In this document: positions 19,167-28,510 of the stretch, piece by piece | Layout: the number at the start of each line of letters is the position of its first letter | Numbering within the stretch: position 1 is the stretch's first letter | NCBI GenBank assembly: GCA_021324975.1 | Contig: JAJPIA010000101.1 | Span: 81,301 to 145,300, forward strand | Source of the DNA: Bacillota bacterium | GTDB lineage: Bacteria > Sysuimicrobiota > Sysuimicrobiia > Sysuimicrobiales > Segetimicrobiaceae | Reading direction: 5' to 3' | DNA: 64,000 nt | Made by a program: the position numbers and the translations under genes | Notes under the pieces: model-generated | Databases searched by the model: none | Told to the model about the DNA's origin: nothing | Seen by the model: only the letters and a program-made list of their open reading frames with translations

Positions 19167-20698
19167 AGCAACGCGCCCTCCCCTTAGCGGCACTCCGTGG
19201 GGCCGTCGCGGGCGCGGCAGCAGGGCTCGCGTTCGCCGCCGCGATGAGACAGTCCGGTGCGCTCGTGACGGTTGCGTCAATCGTCCACGCGAGTCCAGCA
19301 GGCCTGGATTTCGTCGCTCACCTGCTCGTCGCGGCGGCCGTCGGCGCCGGATTCGGCACACTCGTGTCGTCCGAGCGCCTCGGCGTCGGGGAGCTGTTGT
19401 TCTGGGGCCTCACGTACGGGATGGTGTGGTGGTTCGTGGGCGCGCTCACGGTCGCGCCGATGCTCCTTGCCGGGCGGGCGATCTGGACTGTTGCCGCCGC
19501 ACAGGCGGCCTTGCCGAGCCTGTTCGGACACCTGTGGTACGGCGCGATCACCGCTCTGATCTACGCGGCGATCACGCCGGGGCCCTCGGACGGGCGGCCG
19601 CGTGTCACCGGCGGGACAGTAGGGGCGGGGGTGCTCGCCGGCGTCGCAGGAGCGTGGTTACTCGAGCGCCTCATCGCCACGCAATCGCCGTGGCTCGGCA
19701 CCACCGGCCTGAGCCTGGCGACCTCGTCGCCGGCGCACCGGTTCGTCTTCCTCACGGGAGTCCTGGGCGGCCTCGTGTTTGCGTTGCTCTATCCTCAGCC
19801 GCGCGACGCCGCGGGCCCGGGGCTGATCCGCGGCGCATTGTTCGGGTTTGTCTGGTGGGCGGCCGCCGCCCTGTCCGCGCTGCCGGAGATCAACGGAGGG
19901 GGGTTGGCCTGGTCGCTCGAGGCGGTACGCGCGCGTTTTCCAGCGCTACCGGCGTTCGTTCTCTATGGAGGACTTGTGGCCCTGGTGTACCGATGGCTGC
20001 TCGCGGCGGGCCGGCTGCTGTTCGCGGACGACGCCACCCCCCGCGACGAGGAGGGCACCGGCACCCGCGGGTTGCGCGCCATCGGGCGCGGGGCCTTTGC
20101 AGGCCTGATCGGAGGTCTCGTCTTCACCCTCGTCATGGTTCGGGTCGGGTTTCTTCCCACGGTCGCTCAGATCGTCGGGGCTGCCTCCCCCTGGAGCGGA
20201 TTTCTCGTGCATCTTGTCATCGCCAACATCATCGGCGCGAGCTACGGTCTACTGTTCTTGGGCCGCAGCGTCGGAACTGGATCCGCGCTCGGCTGGGGCG
20301 TCTCGTACGGATTCTTCTGGTGGATTCTCGGTCCGCTGACCCTGCTGCCCGTTTTGCTCGGGGGCGCCCCGCGGTGGACGCCACAAGTCGCCGGCGCGCT
20401 GATCCCGAGTCTCGTCGGACATCTCGCGTACGGAGGGGCCGTGGGGATCGTGTTCTACCTGCTCGAGGTGCGCTACAACCCGTGGTGGGTTCCCCACACT
20501 GAGCTCATGGCGGCGCAATCGGAGCGCCGCAGAGCCGAAGTGCTGGCGTCGGCCTCCGCGTTGTGGGTGCTGGTCGTCATGCTCGGTCTGACGTTACCGA
20601 TCATGCTGGCATGCGGGATGGCCCCAGCGTACAGCGGCACCGCGACTGCGCGGGGTGCATACGGCCAGAGCAGCGGCGAGGCCGGGCCGTGTCCTTAG
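19163..20698 (+). CDS. Polytopic membrane protein with three internal repeats
   Basis: ATGA overlap with the upstream gene; repeated G..YG..WW..G.LT..P and PSL.GHL.YG. Confidence 0.8.
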   Translation: MKQRALPLAALRGAVAGAAAGLAFAAAMRQSGALVTVASIVHASPAGLDFVAHLLVAAAVGAGFGTLVSSERLGVGELLFWGLTYGMVWWFVGALTVAPMLLAGRAIWTVAAAQAALPSLFGHLWYGAITALIYAAITPGPSDGRPRVTGGTVGAGVLAGVAGAWLLERLIATQSPWLGTTGLSLATSSPAHRFVFLTGVLGGLVFALLYPQPRDAAGPGLIRGALFGFVWWAAAALSALPEINGGGLAWSLEAVRARFPALPAFVLYGGLVALVYRWLLAAGRLLFADDATPRDEEGTGTRGLRAIGRGAFAGLIGGLVFTLVMVRVGFLPTVAQIVGAASPWSGFLVHLVIANIIGASYGLLFLGRSVGTGSALGWGVSYGFFWWILGPLTLLPVLLGGAPRWTPQVAGALIPSLVGHLAYGGAVGIVFYLLEVRYNPWWVPHTELMAAQSERRRAEVLASASALWVLVVMLGLTLPIMLACGMAPAYSGTATARGAYGQSSGEAGPCP

Positions 20699-20786
20699 GC
20701 ACGCGCTGGTCGCGGCCGCGACGCGCTCGCCGCCCACGCGCACCACGGACACAGGGATCCCGCCGAAGCATCCACAAGCGCGCGGT

Positions 20787-21011
20787 TCAGCAAGCGGACG
20801 CGGATTGTCGATGTCGCGGTAGCCTACCTCTGCGACGGCTGTGTTCCATCGCGTGCCGCCGCTCGAGCGCGCTCTGAAAAGTTTCCATCGTCGGGACCGG
20901 TCCCGGCGGCAGGAAACGGCGCACATCCGGGTCGGTCACCATTCGAATCCACGGTTCTGCGTCGCGCGGCTCGAAGCTCCGGATGATCAAGCGCGCCGTT
21001 TCAAGCCGCAT
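20787..21011 (-). pseudogene. N-terminal fragment of a RimJ/RimL-type GNAT
   Basis: MRLETARLIIRSFEPRDAE...DPDVRRFL; truncated. Confidence 0.65.
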
Positions 21012-21176
21012 GACACCCCTCCCGCTCCTTCGATGGGTCGGGCAAGGCCGCGTAACGAGTTGATTAAGGTTCGCCACGGGCGAATCCAAATCCACAGGCA
21101 TGGAGTAATGCAGGGTGTGCAACCAAGGACAGACGCGCGCGCTAATCTGATCCAACGCACAAGGAGGTACGTGGAC

Positions 21177-21383
21177 ATGAATCGAGTTTCGGGTTCGGCA
21201 CTCGGAAAGGTGATCAAGCGAGGGTTCGTGGTCCTCGCACTGGGAGCGGTTGTGGGGGTGGCCCCACTCGCTTCGCTGGCCGATGACACCGCCGGCGTCG
21301 GGATGAGTGCGACGGGCGGGGGCGCGACGATCGTCCCGGCCTGGCAGCAAGGAAATGCGCAGGGAGACGGCAACGGACGGTAG
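21177..21383 (+). CDS. Small secreted peptide (68 aa)
   Basis: Strong RBS AAGGAGGT; signal peptide ending SLA; long hairpin downstream. Confidence 0.6.
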   Translation: MNRVSGSALGKVIKRGFVVLALGAVVGVAPLASLADDTAGVGMSATGGGATIVPAWQQGNAQGDGNGR

Positions 21384-21763
21384 ACATCAACAGGTGCGTT
21401 CCGTCTGCGCGTGCGAGAAATGCACAGCCGGTGGGGGATCTCCCCCCCCGCTGTGCAGATTCGCATAGATCAAGTCTCTTGCCCAGAGCCGGAACTTAGT
21501 GCACGATCGTGAACGTCGGGGAGTGAATCGCGGAAAGTCTCGTTCCGACAAGGGACGGGCGCGATCAAAGCGTACACCGCCCCGACTACGACGATGCGCG
21601 CAGCGAACTGGGGGGCGGAAGGCCGATTCCCAATGGGTGAAACCGCAAGCCAGCCTTTTCAGCTCTCGTTCAACGCAGCACTCAAGGTAGACTGCCAGGG
21701 GCCGCGGGTTACCTCAAACTGGACGGCGGGCCACGACGTGCCGGCCGTCGCAGGGCGGTAGCA

Positions 21764-22993
21764 CTGTCCGCGGGCCGGCGGCGTTTCACGGCCGCCTTTG
21801 AGGCTCCCGGCTACCGCTGGCTTTGGCTGAAATCTCTCTCGACGGCAGCAGCATACACGATCGAAAATCTGAGTGTCGGCTGGCTTGTCCTCCAGCTGAC
21901 CAATTCGCCGTTCTGGCTAGGCGTCGCCGTCGGCATGCGCGGAACGGCCCAGGCGCTGCTCAGCGTGCCCGCGGGCTTTGCAGCCGACCGGCTGGACCGC
22001 CGCGCCATCCTCATCGTCGCGCAGACGATCGCGGGACTCGGTGCGCTTGTGCTCGCCTATCTCATCCTGTCCGCGAAAATCGCGCTGTGGCACGTCCTGG
22101 TCTACATGGTGTTGGTGGGCGCGATGATTTCGACGAACAGCCCGGCCACCAACGGCCTCGTCTACGACGTGGTCGGCGAAGCGCGCCTCCTCAACGCCAG
22201 CGCGTTTCTGTTCATGGCCAGCAGCATCGTCCGCATCGCCGGCGCGCTCGCCGGCGGCGTCATCATCGACCGGCTGGGCGTCGGTCGGAACTACCTGCTG
22301 ATCGCGATCGTGAATGCCGGCGGTGTGGCATGCCTTGCCGCGCTGCGAAGCCCGCCTGCGCGGCGGCACGCGTCGGAGGCATTTGGCCGCGCGGTGACCG
22401 AGGGCGTCCGCTACGCGTTTCGCACCGCCCGGATCCGCCGGCTGCTGCTCCTCAGCCTGACGATCGAAGGCTTCGGCTTCTCCACGTTCTCGTTGCTCCC
22501 GTTCATGGCGCGGGACGTCCTGCACGTGGGCGGCGCCGGGCTCGGAGATCTGGCCGCTATGAACGGCGTAGGGCAGCTGGCGGCGACGCTGCTGATCGCC
22601 TCCCGCGTGGAACAGAAGCATCTCGGTTCGGTGCTCATGGGAGCAGCGTTCGGGTTCGGCGCCTGCATCATCGCGTTTTCGTCGTCTCCGTGGTTCGGGC
22701 TCTCGCTCGGTCTCATCACCACCGTGGGGCTCATGGGAAGCGCGTACGATGCGACGATCGCCGCATCGTTTCAACTCGGGGTTGCGGATGAGATGCGGGG
22801 GCGCGTGCTGGGCTTCTACTCGGCCACCTTTGGCCTCAACGCGCTGGGTGCTGTATGCATCGGTGCCGTCGCCACCATCACGGGCACGCCGCTGGCGCTC
22901 GGGTTGAGCGGTGCCGCAGTGATTGCGAGCGCCTTCGCCCTCAGCCGCGGCGCCGTGGCGCTAATTCGGCCGGATCCCGCCCCTCCCGCTTGA
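21764..22993 (+). CDS. MFS transporter; frame open upstream of the first ATG (21935)
   Basis: In-frame YRWLW...GWLVLQLTNSPFWLG precedes AGFAADRLDRR; MRGRVLG. Confidence 0.85.
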   Translation: MSAGRRRFTAAFEAPGYRWLWLKSLSTAAAYTIENLSVGWLVLQLTNSPFWLGVAVGMRGTAQALLSVPAGFAADRLDRRAILIVAQTIAGLGALVLAYLILSAKIALWHVLVYMVLVGAMISTNSPATNGLVYDVVGEARLLNASAFLFMASSIVRIAGALAGGVIIDRLGVGRNYLLIAIVNAGGVACLAALRSPPARRHASEAFGRAVTEGVRYAFRTARIRRLLLLSLTIEGFGFSTFSLLPFMARDVLHVGGAGLGDLAAMNGVGQLAATLLIASRVEQKHLGSVLMGAAFGFGACIIAFSSSPWFGLSLGLITTVGLMGSAYDATIAASFQLGVADEMRGRVLGFYSATFGLNALGAVCIGAVATITGTPLALGLSGAAVIASAFALSRGAVALIRPDPAPPA

Positions 22994-23309
22994 AGCACTC
23001 CCCTTATGTTGTGTGTTGCCTTGGCCGCCGGCAAGGCCGGCATGATAACGGGTCCAATCACTGGGAAGGCCGCATCAGCGGCTTGCTTCGATGCCCGCCA
23101 CTGCACTTTCTCCCCCGCCGGAGCACGGGTCATCGTCCGGCTGCGCCTGCACGTGTTCCTGCTTTCGCTTGGGCTTGCGCTGGTGGCGGCGGCCGTGGCG
23201 GTGCGGTACCCTTCGTTCCTCGCGCTCGGCCCTTCGACGGATGACGGGTACGGGCACATCAGCGAGTTCGTGAGCGCCGCGGGAGGTCCGTTGACGATGG
23301 GTGTGCTAC

Positions 23310-24131
23310 CTAGCGTAGAGCATCGTAATTGAACGGTTTGAGCGGCGGATAGGTGCGTGGTCCCATCTGTGCGATCCGTTCCTTCGCGCGTGCGATGCGG
23401 TCCGACGTGAGTGGATGCTCCGCGAGGAACGGTCCCCCCAACGGTCCACCGCCGTTTCCACCCTTCTCCATGAGCGTCTGGAAGAGTTGCAGCATGCCCT
23501 CCGGGTTGTACCCGGCAGTCACCATGTCCTTGAGACCCGATGCATCCGCCTCGTCTTCGTCGTCCCGAGAGTGCTTCTGGCGCAGCACCCCCGCGGTGAC
23601 GGCACCCCATCCAAGCGCAGCCGCCTTGTTCCCCGCGAGCAGGGTTCCGATCGCAACGGCGCGGCGCCGCTGCACCTGCTTGACGTACGCCTTCGCCCAG
23701 TGCTGCCGGTAGACGTGGGCGAGCTCGTGGCCGGTCACGGCCGCGACGGCGTCTTCTGTCTTCATGATCGCAAGAAGCCCGGTCAACATGAAGATGGGGC
23801 CCCCGGGCACCGCGAACGCGTTGACTTCCTTGCTGTCGAGAACGTAGTACTGGTAGTCCCAGGTGGTCCGGTCCGTCTCAGAAAGATGCGCGACCAGGCG
23901 TTTCGCGAGGCCCTCGAAGAACCGCAGGCGGCCGTCCTTGACCGGTTGATACTTCTTGAGAAGGTCCTCGGTGGCCTTGGCGCCCACGGCCTTCTGCTCG
24001 GCCGGCGATGGAAGCGCCGGGGCCGCGTCGACTGGCCGCGAGAACACCCAAGGCGCGATGACCATGCTGACGCCGGCGCCTACAACACGCCTCCGGATTC
24101 TTCTGCGCGGTAACCGATGCTCCGAATTCAC
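23310..24131 (-). CDS. M48 family Zn metallopeptidase with Arg-rich export signal
   Basis: VNAFAVPGG, GHELAH, SR.DE.EAD, HP....RI. Confidence 0.9.
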   Translation of the reverse strand: MNSEHRLPRRRIRRRVVGAGVSMVIAPWVFSRPVDAAPALPSPAEQKAVGAKATEDLLKKYQPVKDGRLRFFEGLAKRLVAHLSETDRTTWDYQYYVLDSKEVNAFAVPGGPIFMLTGLLAIMKTEDAVAAVTGHELAHVYRQHWAKAYVKQVQRRRAVAIGTLLAGNKAAALGWGAVTAGVLRQKHSRDDEDEADASGLKDMVTAGYNPEGMLQLFQTLMEKGGNGGGPLGGPFLAEHPLTSDRIARAKERIAQMGPRTYPPLKPFNYDALR

Positions 24132-24321
24132 CGGGCACGCCCTCCACCGGCCGGCGCGGTCAAACGCCTTGCAACCCGACCTCGGTTGATTAGTTCACAA
24201 CCGCGGCCTGCTCACCTTCCCACGGCGCAAGACAGCACAACCCCGAGAAAATAGAGACCGTAGGTCGGAACCGGCCACCCCAAGCCGGACGGGTTCACGA
24301 TACCTGTCGTCGCGTCGCCGG

Positions 24322-26697
24322 CTACTGCCGCGCCATCGCGATGCGTAGCGCATCCTCCGGCACGACCAGGTGGTCCACGCTTTCGGCGGCCTCAGCGATG
24401 GCAATCTGCACGCCCCTGATGCGGCCTGTAAATGCGTTGCCGCGAGACTCGTAGTCCGGAGAGACCGGCGCCCCGCTGTCCTCACCGACGTCGCAGCCAT
24501 CGTCGGCAGAAAACGCCATCGGCTGCGTGGCTCCGACCGCGCCCTCGCCTACTTTCTTGCCGTCGACAAAGAGCGACACCTTACCGCCCTTGGCCAAACC
24601 GCCGCCGGCGTAGGCGAACTCCATGCGCACCTGATGCGGGCCGGCCGGCAGCGCGTTGGCCGCCTCAGCGTAGAAGCGTTGTATGCCGAAAAAGTTGTAG
24701 CAGTACTTGAGCTTACCCCCCTTCGCGTAAAGGCTCCAACCGCCAGCGTTGCCGCCCTGGCAGACGATCACGCCCTCTACGCCAGAGGCCGGCACCTCGA
24801 TCTCGGCGGTCACCGCGTGGGACTTGTTCTTGATATTCACGACCGAGTTCTCCGACAGGCGACCCATGCCGGGGAAGAGGATCTGGGTCCTCCCTTTGAC
24901 CAGCACCGGCCGGCCGGCGAAGTCGGAGTTTAAGCGCTCGACACGCCGGTCGTCGAGCGGCAGCACATTGTACTTCACCGCCTCGATCAGCCACAGGCGC
25001 TGCAGCTCGCGCAGCTTCTCCGGCATCTCCTTGGACAGGTCGTGTGCCTGGGTCCAGTCCTTGGTGGTGTCGTAGAGTTCCCAGACGTCATCGTCGAACG
25101 CCGGATACTTCCCGGTCATCACCCATGGGGTGCTGTGCCGGGTGACCGCCGTCCAGCCCCGATGGTAAATGCCGCGGTTGCAGAACATCTCGAAATACTG
25201 CGTCTCGCGCCGCTCCGCGGCCTTGGCGTCGTTGAACGAGTACAGCATGCTGACTCCCTCAATCGGTTGTTGCTGGACGCCGTTCACGAACAGGGGCTCC
25301 GGGAGCCCCGCCGCCTCGAGGATCGTCGGCGCGACGTCAATCACGTGGTGAAACTGGGTGCGGATCTCGCCTTTGCCCTTGATCCCCCGCGGCCAGTGGA
25401 CGATCATGCCATTGCGCGTACCGCCCCAGTGGGACGCCACCTGCTTCGTCCATTGATACGGCGTGTCCATGGCGTGCGCCCAGCCCACAGCGTAGTGATT
25501 GTAGGAATCGGGCCCGCCGAGCTTGTCGAGCCGGGCCGTGAGGAATTCGGGCGTCTCGATGCCCGTCATGCCGTTGAGGGTGAGCATCTCATTGTACGTG
25601 CCGTTCACCGTGCCCTCGGCCGACGCGCCGTTGTCGCCGATAATGTAATACACGAGCGTGTCGTCCAGGACGCCGAGCTTCTGCAGCCCATCTATCACTC
25701 GGCCGATGTGGTGGTCGGTGTATTCCAGGAAGCCCGCGTAGACCTCCATCTGGCGGCGCAGCACGGGTTTGAGCGCCTCGGGCATCGCATCCCACGCCGG
25801 GATCTCCGTGGGGCGGCGGGTCAGCTGAGCGTCCTGCGGGATCACGCGCAGTTCTTTTTGCCGCTTGAACGTCCGCTCGCGCAGCTTGTCCCACCCGTCG
25901 TTGAACTTGCCCTTGTATTTGTCGGCCCACTCCTTCGGCACGTGATGCGGGGCGTGGGTCGCTCCGGGCGCGAAATAGACGAAGAACGGCTTGTCAGGCA
26001 TCAGCGCCTTTTGCTGCCCGATCCACTTGATGGCCTTGTCGGTCATATCCTCCATGAAGTGATAGCCTTCTTCAGGCGTCAGCTTAACCTCCACCGGCGT
26101 CGTGCCTTCGTAGAGCGTGGGGTACCACTGGTTGGCTTCGCCGCCGATGAATCCGTAGAAGTACTCAAAGCCCCCGCCGCCCGTGGGCCAGGCATCGAAC
26201 GGGCCCGCCGGGCTCGTCTGCCACACCGGCACCTCGTGGCATTTGCCGAACTGGCCCGTCGCGTAGCCGTTGAGCCTGAGCGTCCTGGCGATCGGCGAGG
26301 CGGTATTGGGCAGAACCGAGCAATACCCGGGCGCGCTGGTCGCAATTTCGGTGATACCACCCATGCCCACCGAGTGGTGGTTGCGCCCAGTCAGTAGCGC
26401 CTGCCGCGTCGGCGAGCATAGGGCCGTGGTGTGAAAACGATTGTACCTCAACCCCCCGGCCGCGAGGCGCTCCGCCGTCGGCGTGTTGCACGGTCCGCCA
26501 AACGCACTCGACGCGCCAAAGCCCACGTCGTCGAGCAGCACGATGAGGACGTTCGGGGCCCCCTTCGGCGGGCGCAATTGCTCGATCGGCGGGTACTTGG
26601 CATCGGGATCTTTTGCGTCGTACGTGATCAAGCCCGTGCGGGGCCGATCGGGAATCGGCAGGATCTGGCGGGGATGCAGTTCACGTTGGGATGCCAT
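24322..26697 (-). CDS. Arylsulfatase (Cys-type, formylglycine-dependent)
   Basis: LLDDVGFG, CSPTR.ALLTGRNHH, FGK.H, GDNG. Confidence 0.95.
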   Translation of the reverse strand: MASQRELHPRQILPIPDRPRTGLITYDAKDPDAKYPPIEQLRPPKGAPNVLIVLLDDVGFGASSAFGGPCNTPTAERLAAGGLRYNRFHTTALCSPTRQALLTGRNHHSVGMGGITEIATSAPGYCSVLPNTASPIARTLRLNGYATGQFGKCHEVPVWQTSPAGPFDAWPTGGGGFEYFYGFIGGEANQWYPTLYEGTTPVEVKLTPEEGYHFMEDMTDKAIKWIGQQKALMPDKPFFVYFAPGATHAPHHVPKEWADKYKGKFNDGWDKLRERTFKRQKELRVIPQDAQLTRRPTEIPAWDAMPEALKPVLRRQMEVYAGFLEYTDHHIGRVIDGLQKLGVLDDTLVYYIIGDNGASAEGTVNGTYNEMLTLNGMTGIETPEFLTARLDKLGGPDSYNHYAVGWAHAMDTPYQWTKQVASHWGGTRNGMIVHWPRGIKGKGEIRTQFHHVIDVAPTILEAAGLPEPLFVNGVQQQPIEGVSMLYSFNDAKAAERRETQYFEMFCNRGIYHRGWTAVTRHSTPWVMTGKYPAFDDDVWELYDTTKDWTQAHDLSKEMPEKLRELQRLWLIEAVKYNVLPLDDRRVERLNSDFAGRPVLVKGRTQILFPGMGRLSENSVVNIKNKSHAVTAEIEVPASGVEGVIVCQGGNAGGWSLYAKGGKLKYCYNFFGIQRFYAEAANALPAGPHQVRMEFAYAGGGLAKGGKVSLFVDGKKVGEGAVGATQPMAFSADDGCDVGEDSGAPVSPDYESRGNAFTGRIRGVQIAIAEAAESVDHLVVPEDALRIAMARQ

Positions 26698-26718
26698 TCA
26701 GGGTCCTCCCTTCCGCCA

Positions 26719-26913
26719 CTAGTTAAGTATCGATGCTGACCAGAATCCGTCGACGGTGACCGGGTGGACGGGCGCTTGCTCGGGATAGAAGTCCTCGGAC
26801 ACCATGTGAAGCGTCCCGCCCGGGGTCCACACCATGCCCGGATGGGGCTCGCGACCTTGCGGGGATCCGAGAGCCTCCTGGACCCCCGCTGGCGAGTGTG
26901 TGCTCCCGCTCAT
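26719..26913 (-). pseudogene. N-terminal remnant of formylglycine-generating enzyme (SUMF1/FGE family)
   Basis: GMVWTPGGTLHM.SEDFYPEQAPVHPVTVDGFW, then an early stop. Confidence 0.75.
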
Positions 26914-26991
26914 CCCGCCCATCTCCCCGAATGCGATCTGATCAACGCCGCGGATCGATCCCAAACCCGCGACACGCCGGCCCTGTCGACG

Positions 26992-27585
26992 CTACGCCTT
27001 GACGATGGAGACCGCTCTCGCCTCCGAGTACGTCAAGACGATCAAGTCGCCCACCGTGAGGTTGGTGAGAAGAGCCGGATCGACCTGGAACCTCCGAACG
27101 TTGCCCTGCGCGCCCTTGAGGGTGATGAGCCCATCGGGTTTATCGAGCGCCAACACCCGCGCGGTGACCTGGATTTGGTGCGCGGCCATCGCAGCCGGCG
27201 CCTGCCCCGGTTCATCGCTCACTATGGTGGCGCCCATTGCGCGGGCGGACGGCTTCTCCCCCGGGGCCGCCTTTCGAGCCTTGATCACCAGGGACCGGTA
27301 GTATCGCGCTGCCACACGGTTGCCCACCCTGACCGCGCTCAGGGAGACGCTCGGGTCGACCCAGACGGCGACAGTACCGGCCGGCCCCCGCAGCGTGACC
27401 AGCCGCTGGCGAAGATCGACGGCAACGACCGTCGCGGTGATCGTCACGAGTTGCCGATGGACTACCGTGGGCTTCGGTCCCGCCTGTGCCCGTGCCGCAG
27501 CCGGGTGGAAGGACAGCCCTCCGAGGACCATCCCCAATGCAAGCGCACCCGCAATCGATCGCCGAATCACTGCCACACATTTCAT
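26992..27585 (-). CDS. Secreted protein with two tandem beta-rich repeats
   Basis: RBS AGGAGG; signal peptide; TATVVAVD...VTLRGP.G / TARVLALD...ITLKGAQG. Confidence 0.75.
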   Translation of the reverse strand: MKCVAVIRRSIAGALALGMVLGGLSFHPAAARAQAGPKPTVVHRQLVTITATVVAVDLRQRLVTLRGPAGTVAVWVDPSVSLSAVRVGNRVAARYYRSLVIKARKAAPGEKPSARAMGATIVSDEPGQAPAAMAAHQIQVTARVLALDKPDGLITLKGAQGNVRRFQVDPALLTNLTVGDLIVLTYSEARAVSIVKA

Positions 27586-27638
27586 CGCCCTGTCCTCCTG
27601 AGCCATGACCTGATTGGCTTTTGTACGAGACATGGGTA

Positions 27639-27890
27639 TCAACGCGCCGCGGAGTTACCTTCGCTCGGGCGCTCCTGCCGCTCCACCGACACGATCGTCA
27701 GCCCGAGATCGCGCGCCCGGCTGATGAGGCCGTAGAAGGCGGATTCATCGATCACCTCGCCCGAGAGGATGGTGTCCCCGTTAACGGGCTCAATCGCAAA
27801 TCCGGCAAACCACGTGGACCAGTCTGGGGCGAGCACGCCACGGACGCGGATCACGTAGCGAGTCGGCTTCGCATCGCTGCGGTCGCTCAC
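27639..27890 (-). CDS. Small conserved hypothetical protein of a type seen beside MalT-like regulators
   Basis: RBS GGAGGAG; Y.IRVRG.L...W..WF.G...T.LSG.V.D..A.YGL...RDLGL.I.SV. Confidence 0.75.
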   Translation of the reverse strand: MSDRSDAKPTRYVIRVRGVLAPDWSTWFAGFAIEPVNGDTILSGEVIDESAFYGLISRARDLGLTIVSVERQERPSEGNSAAR

Positions 27891-28510
27891 GCTAGCTCCT
27901 CCGAGCCGTGGCGATGGGCACCGGCCGGTGCCGGACAAGCCGGGTCTGCATTCGTGCCGGCGGTCCCCTGCCGTACCCATTCTGGAACCGTGTGATCGGT
28001 CTGCCGCGACGTTCGAACCGCGGTTGCCACCGATGCTACCGTGACCTGAACGAGAGATCGACCATCCAAAGTGACATAGCGGGTTGAACTTGATGTCGGG
28101 CACCGCGCTGCAGTCCAGGACAACGGTTCGCGGTCGCGCGTTCTCGACGAATTGCCGGAATGCGTCGCGGAGACGGGGTCGCAAGGGTACCGCGCCGCAG
28201 CGGCGCAGGCGATCTACCGGAGTGACACGGGGGGTTGATTCTTCCGAGTCCCCAGCGCCCGGCCTCGGCTGGCATGCTCCTCCCCCGAGCCACGGAGCCC
28301 GCGGAGCCCATGCGGTTGTGTCGCGGGGGCAGATCACGGCATCGGCCGGCCCTGATTCCTTCCCCGGGGTCGAGCACCCTCCAACTCTAGTCAAAAATGT
28401 GATCAAGTTTTGCTAAAATGTGGGGCGAACAACGCAAAGACAGTTTTGAAATATCATGTGGCCTGCAAATTAAGAGGCGTGGCGGTCATCAAGCGGGCGG
28501 GGGACACGCT

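Noticed and set aside
23006-23332. Hydrophobic ORF between the MFS and M48 genes
   Set aside because: No convincing start or family signature; may be a fragment
28085-28175. SulP-STAS-like remnant RPRTVVLDCSAVPDI
   Set aside because: Too short to support a call without an alignment
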